This document shows, piece by piece, positions 28,018-36,187 of a DNA stretch of 64,000 nucleotides (the stretch's first letter is position 1; every line of letters starts with the position of its first letter). Under the pieces are notes generated by a model. The model searched no databases, was not told where the DNA came from, and saw nothing but the letters and a program-made list of their open reading frames with translations. Source of the stretch: Candidatus Micrarchaeota archaeon (GTDB lineage Archaea; Micrarchaeota; Micrarchaeia; Anstonellales; Anstonellaceae); assembly GCA_026413965.1 (NCBI GenBank), contig JAOAJY010000003.1, positions 27,727 to 91,726 of the forward strand. Direction: 5' to 3'. The position numbers were made by a program, and so were the translations under genes.

Positions 28018-29820
28018 ATGGGCAGCTCGCAGGTTAAGAAAGACGCCTTGGAGCTATCCAAATATTTCCTCTCCCTTCCGCATCCTGCAAAAACCCTAGC
28101 CGCGATTTTGGCATTGTCCTTTCTTTTCGGCATAGTGCTTGGGGCTTTCCGCAAACCCAGCCAAAGCTCATTTGAGGCGCTTGCCGCAGGCATTGACGGC
28201 CTTTTCCTTCTGGCTTTCCCTGCCATACTCTCAAGCGTCAGCCTTTTCCTTGTGCGCAGAAAGGCTCTTTTGCGCCGCTCTTTGTTCCTTGGGCTTCTTT
28301 CAACAATAGCCTATGGGGCATTCTACCTTCTTTCAGCCTCTCTTTCCGGCTTTTGGCCTGGCGCGGCGAACCTCGTCTATGTCGGCTTTGCGCTGGCGTT
28401 TGTCCTTTGGTATTTCGTGCTTCTCCTTGCCTTTGGCTTCAGAAAAAGCGCGCTTTTCCTTGCGGCAATCCAGGCAATGTTTTTCGCGATATTCTTCATG
28501 GCCGGATGGGAGTACAGCTCTTCCCAGCAGCTGCAGGACATAGTCCTCCGCATCTACCTTGCCTCATTCATCTTCCTTGCCGCCCTCTACGCCCTCTTCT
28601 ATTTCATCTCAGCGCCCATGAAAAAGAACCTTGGCATCTCCAGCCTGGATGCGCTTTCCATGTTTGCCTCTCAGTGGCTTTACAGGCAAAAGGATTTGGA
28701 AGAGGTGTTTGAGGAGTTTGGCGAGGAAGTTGAGACTATGGTGTGGGTGGGCGAATTCGCAGGCAGGAAAAACCATGCAATATTCGTCGTCCCATACATA
28801 CACTTCGGGCCTTTCGGCAACCTTGGAGGAAGCGAGTTCACCTGGATGATTGCCGAAAGGCTCTCCAAAATCTGGAGAAGGGAAAAGGCTCCTGCCCCTG
28901 AGGTCTTTGTCTTCCACGGCACAGTCACCCATGACTTCAACCCGGTTTCCTCAAGCGAGATTGACGCTGTGCTTTCGGCATGCACAAAAGCTCTGCGCAA
29001 GCTTCGGCTCTCCAACGCCAAAATGGCGCACTATTATTGCCGGGTTGGGACCGTGCGCGCGCAGGCTTACCACATAAACAGCTCAGCCTTTGTCTCATTC
29101 TCAAGGGCGCCCCGCACGACCGAGGATGTGAATCTTGGGCTGGGGCTGGCAATCATGGAGTCTGCCAGAAGAAAGTGCAAAAGCGTGGCGGTTGTGGATG
29201 AGCACAACGCAGAGACAGGGGACATAACCTCTGTTGAGGTTGGAAGCCCTATTGGCTTTGAGATGCTTGAGGCGGCTGGGAGGCTTTTTGAGAGTAGGAA
29301 AAAGCAGGAGAAGTTCCTTTTTGGCGTCTCCTCAGGAAGCCTGCAGCTGGATGCGCTTGGCAAGAACGGAATGAAGCTTGCGCTCTTCAAGCAGGCAGGC
29401 AGGCTTCGCGCCATCTTGCTTATTGATTCAAACGGCGTGGTTCCTGAGTTCCGGCAAGAGCTTGTGGGGCTTTTTGCCTCCCTTGGAAGGGAGATTGGGC
29501 TTGAATGCGCAGGGGAGGTAATGACAACTGACACGCACCAGATAAACACTGTGAAAGGAGTGCTCAACCCGATTGGAAGCGAAAGGAGAGGAGACATCAT
29601 GATGCTGGTCCGAAGGCTCTTCCACCAGGCGATGCAGAGGATGGAGGAAGTCCGATTTGACTCATCTGAGGAGAGATTCCGCATAAAGGTTTTTGGGGCA
29701 GGGCAGTCGGCAGAAATAGCATCCACCATAAACGGCGTGGTGGCGATGCTGAGGCTGGCTTTGCCAGTCATCCTTCTTGCAAGCGCGGCGGTGCTGCTTT
29801 GGGCTTTGGGGAAAATCTGA
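28018..29820 (+). CDS. DUF2070 family membrane protein
   Basis: N-terminal TM bundle; HFGPFG.LGGS, HGTVTHDFNP, DEHN, DSN, TTDTH. Confidence 0.88.
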   Translation: MGSSQVKKDALELSKYFLSLPHPAKTLAAILALSFLFGIVLGAFRKPSQSSFEALAAGIDGLFLLAFPAILSSVSLFLVRRKALLRRSLFLGLLSTIAYGAFYLLSASLSGFWPGAANLVYVGFALAFVLWYFVLLLAFGFRKSALFLAAIQAMFFAIFFMAGWEYSSSQQLQDIVLRIYLASFIFLAALYALFYFISAPMKKNLGISSLDALSMFASQWLYRQKDLEEVFEEFGEEVETMVWVGEFAGRKNHAIFVVPYIHFGPFGNLGGSEFTWMIAERLSKIWRREKAPAPEVFVFHGTVTHDFNPVSSSEIDAVLSACTKALRKLRLSNAKMAHYYCRVGTVRAQAYHINSSAFVSFSRAPRTTEDVNLGLGLAIMESARRKCKSVAVVDEHNAETGDITSVEVGSPIGFEMLEAAGRLFESRKKQEKFLFGVSSGSLQLDALGKNGMKLALFKQAGRLRAILLIDSNGVVPEFRQELVGLFASLGREIGLECAGEVMTTDTHQINTVKGVLNPIGSERRGDIMMLVRRLFHQAMQRMEEVRFDSSEERFRIKVFGAGQSAEIASTINGVVAMLRLALPVILLASAAVLLWALGKI

Positions 29821-29821
29821 T

Positions 29822-31228
29822 TCAGCCAACCTCGCTTCCGCCGCTTTCTTTCTTCATTCCATAGTCTGCAAGGCTTGCCTTGAACCACGAGCCGTATTTC
29901 TCGCGGGCTTGCTCCTCAATTGGCCGGGAGTTGGCAATGGCGAATCGGACCTCATCCTTGCCTATCATCTCTTTGCCCTCGGTTATCGCCAAATCCCCTG
30001 CCATCTTTATGGCGCCTGAAAGCAGGCGCAGGCGCAAAGTCAAGCCAGAAACGCCTTCTATCTCCTTGGCTTTCCTTCTTGCGAAATCCAGCATCTCCTC
30101 AATTGCGCCGCCATCCATATGCGGTATCCTGCCGTCGCGCACAATCTCCTGCGCAAAAAATTGGACCATCTTCATCCTGTTGGCTTCGTTGTCTTCCATG
30201 TGCGTGTTCATGAGTATTTCATACCCGTTTCCGATTATTCTGCTGCGCAACGGAGGCAGTATGTGGGACAAATCGTTTATGTTTGCCGCAGCCACCAAGA
30301 TGAAATCAGCAGGCACTCCATCCACCCTCACAGAGGAGCCGGTGGAGGTCTGGTTCCTCCCTGAAATTGGGTATTTTTTCTCCTGCATGGCTGTGAGAAG
30401 ATACCTCTGCAGCCTGCCAAGGGAAGAAAGCTCGTCTATGAACAGCACTCCCTCATGGGCTTCATGCACAGCCCCTGGGACCACGCGCGTGTAAGGCAGG
30501 GAGCCTATGGCAGGATGGGAGCCGTATGGGTCGTGCCGCACATCCCCCAAAAGCTCGGTCTCGGATGCGCCCGTGGCTTGGACAAAATTTGGCCTTGAGA
30601 GAGGCAGCAAAACTTTGAACTGCGCCTTCTGCTGCATTTCTGCCATCTTGGCAAGCTCTTTTTGGGTAAGCAGGGCTATTTTGTCCCCTCTCCTTTCAAA
30701 CACGATAAGCTCTTCTCTCCCGTCGCGGAAGCGGGTGGTGTGCACGCGCTCTTCCCTGTCAGGCACCCCCACGCCTACAAGCAGGTCCTCGAAAGGTCCG
30801 CGCACCTTGCGGTATTTGTCAGCCCCGCAAAAAAAGCAAGTGGAAGCATCCGGGCTTGAAATCTTGGCGCATCTTCTGCACCTGAAGCCAAGCTTCTCGG
30901 CGACAAATGCCGGCACCATGTTGGGATCCAGAAGCTCAGCCACAGGCTTCTTTTCTATCCTCCTGGAAGTTGAGGTGTTTATCTGTATGAGAGGGCGCTC
31001 TGGCTTCTCTGGATTGTGGAGGACAAGGACTTCTTGCTTTGGCTTGGGCAGCGTGGAGGCTATTGCCTGCGCAAGCATGGACTTTCCAGTCCCTGGCGGC
31101 CCAACCAGAAGGAGATTGCGCCGCTGCTTGCCAACCAGCCTCCCTATCTTCACAGCTTCGTCTTGCCCAATGACTTGCAGCATGGGGTCTGAGGGTATCC
31201 TCACCTCTGCTGTTGATGAAATGTCCAT
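29822..31228 (-). CDS. LonB-type AAA+ ATPase lacking the protease domain
   Basis: QVIGQDEA, GPPGTGKS, LLGDVRHDPYG, GAVHEAHEGVLFIDE, LRSRI; ends before any Ser-Lys protease domain. Confidence 0.85.
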   Translation of the reverse strand: MDISSTAEVRIPSDPMLQVIGQDEAVKIGRLVGKQRRNLLLVGPPGTGKSMLAQAIASTLPKPKQEVLVLHNPEKPERPLIQINTSTSRRIEKKPVAELLDPNMVPAFVAEKLGFRCRRCAKISSPDASTCFFCGADKYRKVRGPFEDLLVGVGVPDREERVHTTRFRDGREELIVFERRGDKIALLTQKELAKMAEMQQKAQFKVLLPLSRPNFVQATGASETELLGDVRHDPYGSHPAIGSLPYTRVVPGAVHEAHEGVLFIDELSSLGRLQRYLLTAMQEKKYPISGRNQTSTGSSVRVDGVPADFILVAAANINDLSHILPPLRSRIIGNGYEILMNTHMEDNEANRMKMVQFFAQEIVRDGRIPHMDGGAIEEMLDFARRKAKEIEGVSGLTLRLRLLSGAIKMAGDLAITEGKEMIGKDEVRFAIANSRPIEEQAREKYGSWFKASLADYGMKKESGGSEVG

Positions 31229-31295
31229 GTTATCCGCTCTCTATTTTTTCACGAGCATATATAAGGCTATTTTCAGAATCTTGGTTGGTGGTTGG

Positions 31296-31586
31296 ATGGT
31301 GAGCCTGAAAAAATACGTGTTGTGCAAATGCGGAGCCTCAAACTCGTTTGAATTCTTATCACAGATGCCGATTGAGGACATATCCGTTTCTGCAAGGTGC
31401 GCCTCGTGCGGAGCAAGCATCCACATCAGCATATCTTCCCTGCTTTCCAGCCCGGCTTCCTCTCCTGCCTCTGCGCAGGGGACAAGCATAGGGCAAGCAG
31501 ACAGCCGCCAAAAATCGCTTATGGATTCTGCTGAGCAGGAAACAAAAGAAAATGTGGAGCAAGCCCTGAGGGACTTGTTCCGCTAA
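31296..31586 (+). CDS. Small zinc-ribbon protein
   Basis: GGTGG RBS; MVSLKKYVLCKCG...CASCG; divergent from the Lon-like ATPase. Confidence 0.7.
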   Translation: MVSLKKYVLCKCGASNSFEFLSQMPIEDISVSARCASCGASIHISISSLLSSPASSPASAQGTSIGQADSRQKSLMDSAEQETKENVEQALRDLFR

Positions 31587-31592
31587 GCCTTT

Positions 31593-32849
31593 TCAGTGGT
31601 GATGGCTGCTTTCCCCTTTCTTCTTGATTATGTTTCTGATTATGCTTGTTGCCGCTACTGCCGCAGCTGCCATCGCCATTGCGACTAACGGGTTGGCAGC
31701 CACAAGGTTGACCAGCCATCCGGCGACAGCAACAAAGTCATTCCAAGCATTCGAGGCGGTTTGCGACACCACTGTGGCAATGTTGTTCCCATGGCCAATC
31801 CAGCTGTTTAGCGGTTCGGCGACAAGCCGGTATATTGCGTAGCCTGGAATCAGCCATTTTGCGGTCTCCCAGGCTGCTGAAAGGAAATCTTTTGCCGCGA
31901 CTTTCTCTCCTGACCTGAATTTCTGGAACACGTTCTTTATTGCGTCTTTGGCTTTCCAGAGCGCAAAGCCGGGTATGAATATGTACGGATGCGCCACGAC
32001 AAGCCCAGCAGTAAGCTCATTCACCCTGAACAATGTATTGCTTATTGCTATCTTGGCTGCATCCAGTATTCCCATTCCCCAAATCCCAACTTCCTCTGCA
32101 AACCTGAAGATGAGGTGGTATGCCAGATAGGCTTTTGCAAGAGGCCATGCCATTATCTTCGCAACTTTTGCTATCTTTGAGCCAGCCTTCAATTCTTGAT
32201 TCTTTATCACCGGCACAGCATCATCATAGAATTTCCAGCCCAGATATGCTGCCAGAATTGGAATGGACAGGTTGCTTGCTGCCCCCATGACATCTGTAAC
32301 TCCCCCCCAGAAGCTTTTGGCAGTCTCAGCCAACGCGCTTCCGAAGCTTTGCCCTTGCGCCATTTTGCTTATCACAGGAACCGCAGTCACTGCTGCCAAG
32401 CCGGTTGCGCCTGCGGCAATTGCAGATTTGACCGCCACCTCTCTTCCTTCCTTGCCAAATATTTTGCCTGCAAGCTCCTTTGTTTTCTGCCACATTCCAG
32501 CCTTCTCAGCATGCACAGCCGCTGCCTCTTCCACGGAAGATTTTGAGGATTCTTTGGCGTTTGCCATTCCAGAAATTTCCTCGGCTGCGATTTCTTTCTT
32601 TTTTGATTTGGCTGAAGCCTTCTTGGCTTTCTCCTCGTCAAGGTGCTTTTCAAAAAACTCCTTGCTTGCCTTCTTGCTTTTCTTTTCGTCTTTGGCTGAT
32701 TTGCCTGCTGCCTCGGCTATGCCTTTCGCCGATTTTTTCTTTGAGCTTTTCCCCTCTTCAAGGTGCTTTTCAAAAAACTCCTTGCTTGCATTCTTGCTTT
32801 TACTTGAAGAATCTTCCTTATGGGATTTGCTATAGGATTGTTTTTTCAT
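31593..32849 (-). CDS. Membrane protein with a Lys/Ser/Glu-rich repetitive N-terminus
   Basis: GGTGA RBS; duplicated ASKEFFEKHL; multiple hydrophobic segments in the C-terminal half. Confidence 0.75.
   Translation of the reverse strand: MKKQSYSKSHKEDSSSKSKNASKEFFEKHLEEGKSSKKKSAKGIAEAAGKSAKDEKKSKKASKEFFEKHLDEEKAKKASAKSKKKEIAAEEISGMANAKESSKSSVEEAAAVHAEKAGMWQKTKELAGKIFGKEGREVAVKSAIAAGATGLAAVTAVPVISKMAQGQSFGSALAETAKSFWGGVTDVMGAASNLSIPILAAYLGWKFYDDAVPVIKNQELKAGSKIAKVAKIMAWPLAKAYLAYHLIFRFAEEVGIWGMGILDAAKIAISNTLFRVNELTAGLVVAHPYIFIPGFALWKAKDAIKNVFQKFRSGEKVAAKDFLSAAWETAKWLIPGYAIYRLVAEPLNSWIGHGNNIATVVSQTASNAWNDFVAVAGWLVNLVAANPLVAMAMAAAAVAATSIIRNIIKKKGESSHHH
32639..32800. repeat. Intragenic ~42-bp direct repeat with 120-bp period
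   Basis: CAAGGTGCTTTTCAAAAAACTCCTTGCTTGC(C/A)TTCTTGCTTT at about 32639 and 32759. Confidence 0.9.
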
Positions 32850-32924
32850 ATAAGCATCACCCCTGCATTAATTATGGATGTTATCCTTTTTAAATGTTCA
32901 TGTTTATTTACCAAAAACAACAAT

Positions 32925-33710
32925 CTATATGCCAAGAGCCTTTCCCACTCCTGCTGCGCTTTCAAGAACAATCTGGGGCTTGTCTGAGGCAGGCGCAGCC
33001 TCAACATCCTCCTTTTTTGAAATCCCAGTTAGAACCAGCACCGACGTCATGCCAACCGAATTTGCCATGCGGATGTCTATATCCAGCCTGTCGCCCACAA
33101 ATGCTGATTGGGAGGGCAGGATGGAATGCATCCCCAAGAGCTTCTCTATCAGGTATTTGGAAGGCTTTCCTGCCACAAAGTCAGGCTGCCTGCCTGAAGC
33201 AAAAATCAGCGGGGCTGCAATTGCCCCGCTTCCAGGCGCCACCCCGCTTTTTTTTGGCCAGGTGGGGTCAGCGTTGGCAAGTATGAATGCCGCGCCTGCA
33301 AGAAGATGGGAAAGCGCGCGCTCGTATTTCTCATAGCTTATCTGCCTGTCAAGCCCGCACACCACCGCATCTGCTTCTCCCTCCTCAGCCAAGACTGCTT
33401 TTCCTTCAAGGGCAAGCTCGTCTTTGAGCCCCTGCTCTCCTATCACAAAAACCCGTTTCCCTTCCCCATATTTCTCCCTCAAATAATGCGCTGCCCCAAA
33501 CGAGGAAGTCATTATCTCCTCCTTCCTGGCGCTTATCCCGAACTTCTCAAGGTGCCTCACGTAGTCCGCGCGGCTCTTGGTGGCGTTGTTGGTGAGGAAA
33601 AGCACCTTGACTTTCTTTTGCAGCCTCGCAATTTCCTCAGCGACGCCGGGTATGGCGTAATTTGCCTTATAGACCACCCCGTCCAAGTCAAAAACTATGC
33701 CAGAAACCAT
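32925..33710 (-). CDS. HAD-IIA family hydrolase (NagD-like)
   Basis: FDLDGV, LTNN, GKP, VGDRLDIDI, VLTG. Confidence 0.93.
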   Translation of the reverse strand: MVSGIVFDLDGVVYKANYAIPGVAEEIARLQKKVKVLFLTNNATKSRADYVRHLEKFGISARKEEIMTSSFGAAHYLREKYGEGKRVFVIGEQGLKDELALEGKAVLAEEGEADAVVCGLDRQISYEKYERALSHLLAGAAFILANADPTWPKKSGVAPGSGAIAAPLIFASGRQPDFVAGKPSKYLIEKLLGMHSILPSQSAFVGDRLDIDIRMANSVGMTSVLVLTGISKKEDVEAAPASDKPQIVLESAAGVGKALGI

Positions 33711-33809
33711 GCCTTGCGTTAGCTTGCGAAAAATAATAAAACAGCAGCCGCCAAACGAAGCGGAATTGAATATTTAAACATTTTGCAGGTTAATCTGTTC
33801 GGCAGAAAA

Positions 33810-33962
33810 CCCGCCATAGCTCAACCTGGTAGAGCGCCTGGCTGTAGAAAAACAGGTCGGCAGTCAGCAATTGGGCTGGCAGTCATCAGGATGTTGTGTG
33901 TTCAAAGCCGGGCAGGTGGAAAATTTAAATTTCCTCTGGCTGAACAAATCACACTGGCGGGA
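33810..33962 (+). tRNA. tRNA-Tyr(GTA) with two introns (37/38: 33848-33884; T-loop, about 59/60: 33907-33948)
   Basis: C1-G72 acceptor CCCGCCA/TGGCGGG, anticodon stem CCTGG/TCAGG, T stem GTGTG/CACAC split by a 42-nt hairpin. Confidence 0.9.
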
Positions 33963-33974
33963 CTCTGCCCTCGC

Positions 33975-34132
33975 GCCTCGATGGTGTAGTGGTCAGCATT
34001 CGAGATTGTCGGCATGCCTTTGCTTGCCCATGCGGCAGGAAGGCAGAGCAAAAATCTCGCGACCCGGGTTCGAAAGCTTTCGGCTGGCGCCAAAAATTTG
34101 CCTGCCAAAAGCCGCAAATCCCGGTCGGGGCG
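33975..34132 (+). tRNA. tRNA-Asp(GTC) with two introns (37/38: 34012-34053; 59/60: 34075-34118)
   Basis: Acceptor GCCTCGA/TCGGGGC, anticodon stem CGAGA/TCTCG, T stem CCGGG/CCCGG; BHB-like junctions. Confidence 0.92.
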
Positions 34133-34163
34133 CTTTCTGTCTTTTGGGAGCGGCGCGAAAGGA

Positions 34164-34691
34164 TTATGAAAGCGATTTCCAAAACAGGATTAGGGTGAAG
34201 AATTTCGCAAGAAATACGGCAAGCCAGAGCTTTAGAGGCTCAATCGTGGTCATCCCCATGAGCGCAAGCCCAAGCTCATCAGGCAGCGGGAGCCCGAAAA
34301 CAAAAAAGCCGACGATCGGATAGGCTGCCTTTGCGCGACTGAACTTTCTGTCTATGCTCTCCAATATGCCCCTCGCGTTTTTCTCAAGGCTTTTTCGCAC
34401 CGCAAGAAAAAGAAGCAGGTTGGCGGTTGCGGCTGAAAGGGCAGCAAGAAAAGCAGAGGCAAATGGGCTGTTGAGCTTCATTAGCTCAAGTATAACCACC
34501 ATGGAAAGAGGGGTTGTTATGCCCAGGGTGTAAAAAACGCCTGCCAAAAGCGCCCCATAATCGCCGAACTCGAAAAGGCGAAGCGAAATGTCCCTGTCAA
34601 CACCTGCCAGCACCAGCATGAAGGTGAGGAGTATGAAAGAGATTGCTATCTTGAGCCTCATGTCAAGGTTGAGAATGCCTGCGAAAAGCAT
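34164..34691 (-). CDS. Membrane protein (VTT/DedA-like)
   Basis: About five TM segments; LAGVFYTLGITTP and LPLPDELG motifs. Confidence 0.7.
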   Translation of the reverse strand: MLFAGILNLDMRLKIAISFILLTFMLVLAGVDRDISLRLFEFGDYGALLAGVFYTLGITTPLSMVVILELMKLNSPFASAFLAALSAATANLLLFLAVRKSLEKNARGILESIDRKFSRAKAAYPIVGFFVFGLPLPDELGLALMGMTTIEPLKLWLAVFLAKFFTLILFWKSLS

Positions 34692-34797
34692 GGTCCCACG
34701 CTGCTTGCTTTAATCAAAGCAAATAAAAATCAAGTGGAGAAACAGCTGAAATGTTTAAATTGCCTTTGAAAAAGAAAAACCAGTTGAGGCTGATTTT

Positions 34798-36153
34798 GTG
34801 AAATTTGCTCAAAAGCAACCCTTAAAGCCAACCCAGAATGGGAATGGAAACCGAATGAGAGTTTTTCCGCCCGAGCCGGAGATAGAGAATTTCAGGAAAG
34901 ACATGCAGGAATGCATGCATGAAATGGCTGTTGCGCACAAGCAAACAAAGGGCATGGTGGCGGTTTTCGGCTCCTCGAGATGCAAGCCAACCGACAAGAA
35001 CTACCAGATTGCGCAGGAGACCTGCTTTGAGCTTGGAAAAGCAGGATACGGGATAATAACAGGAGGCGGACCAGGAATCATGGAGGCTGCAAACAAAGGG
35101 GCTATTGAGGCAAAAGCCCCATCAGTTGGCGTGCAGCCGAAATTCTTAAGCGAAAAAGAGCAGGCGATGGAGATTGAAGGGAAAACTCAGTATTATGTAT
35201 ACTCCATGCACTCGCGGAAGGTGTCAATATCAGCCAACAGCTCTGCCATGCTTTATTTTCCTGGCGGATTGGGGACGATGGATGAGCTTTTTGAAAACCT
35301 CACTCTTTCGCAGATTGGCAAGATGAAAGGAGTGCAGCACATACTTGTAGGAAGCATTGACTATTGGAAATCCCTATTGAAATGGCTGGAAGAGCAGCCA
35401 TTGAGAAGGAAATACCTGAGCCATTCGGATTTTGGCTTGATTAAGCTTGCCGAAAGCCCAAAGCAGGTGGCGGAGCTTGTCAAGCAAAGCCAGGCAAAAA
35501 AGGTTCTCCACAGCGCGCAGCAGCTTGCGGAATGGTTCGCAGAAGACCTGAAAAAATGTAGCCAGCAGCTTGGGATGGTCTTTCACCCATCTGTGAGCAT
35601 ATTTGGCTCGTCAAAAATAAAAAGCGCAGACAGAATTTATGGCGCTGCCAAAAATCTTGTCAGCAAGCTTGCCCAGATGGGATTTGCCATTTACAGCGGA
35701 GGAGGAAGCGGCATAATGGAAGCGGCCGCAAAAGGAGCCTTGGAAGCAGGAAAGAAAGCTTATGGCTTGATACCTTTCTTTTTCTTTGAAAGAGAAAAGC
35801 CAAATCCGCATGAGTGCAACCATATCCAGCTCAACATGATGGCTTCCAGAAAGCTTGTCCTTGGCTCAAGCGATGCCCTTATTTTCTACCCTGGAGGATA
35901 TGGAACATTGGACGAGATGTTTGAGTTCGCAGTGAGGCAGCAGATAGGGGATATGAGGCAGGTGCCTATAGTCGCTTTTGAAAGCCGGTTTTGGGGAGGG
36001 CTTTACAGCTGGCTGGAGAGGTATCCTGTGGAGATGAGCCTCATGCCCAAAGAAAGCCTGGATCTCATAAAAATTGTCAATAGCCCAAAGAAGGCTGTCG
36101 AAATCATCTTAAGCTGGGAGGAATCTGGCGGCGAGCAGAGTAGAAAGGAATAA
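34798..36153 (+). CDS. Tandem double LOG/SLOG (TIGR00730-like) nucleotide phosphoribohydrolase
   Basis: Two copies of FGSS, GGG.GIMEAA, RK and PGG.GT.DE. Confidence 0.88.
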   Translation: MKFAQKQPLKPTQNGNGNRMRVFPPEPEIENFRKDMQECMHEMAVAHKQTKGMVAVFGSSRCKPTDKNYQIAQETCFELGKAGYGIITGGGPGIMEAANKGAIEAKAPSVGVQPKFLSEKEQAMEIEGKTQYYVYSMHSRKVSISANSSAMLYFPGGLGTMDELFENLTLSQIGKMKGVQHILVGSIDYWKSLLKWLEEQPLRRKYLSHSDFGLIKLAESPKQVAELVKQSQAKKVLHSAQQLAEWFAEDLKKCSQQLGMVFHPSVSIFGSSKIKSADRIYGAAKNLVSKLAQMGFAIYSGGGSGIMEAAAKGALEAGKKAYGLIPFFFFEREKPNPHECNHIQLNMMASRKLVLGSSDALIFYPGGYGTLDEMFEFAVRQQIGDMRQVPIVAFESRFWGGLYSWLERYPVEMSLMPKESLDLIKIVNSPKKAVEIILSWEESGGEQSRKE

Positions 36154-36187
36154 AAGATTATGCCATGCCCTCTTTTGAGGTGATAGC

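Noticed and set aside
29067..29888. 273-aa antisense ORF over the DUF2070 gene
   Set aside because: Shadow ORF with no independent evidence
30507..31295. N-terminal part of the 359-aa + strand ORF
   Set aside because: Antisense shadow of the Lon-like ATPase; only the part from the ATG at 31296 has an RBS and protein-like sequence
32639..32800. Direct repeats as a possible CRISPR array
   Set aside because: Only two copies, in frame within a CDS, 120-bp period and no cas genes
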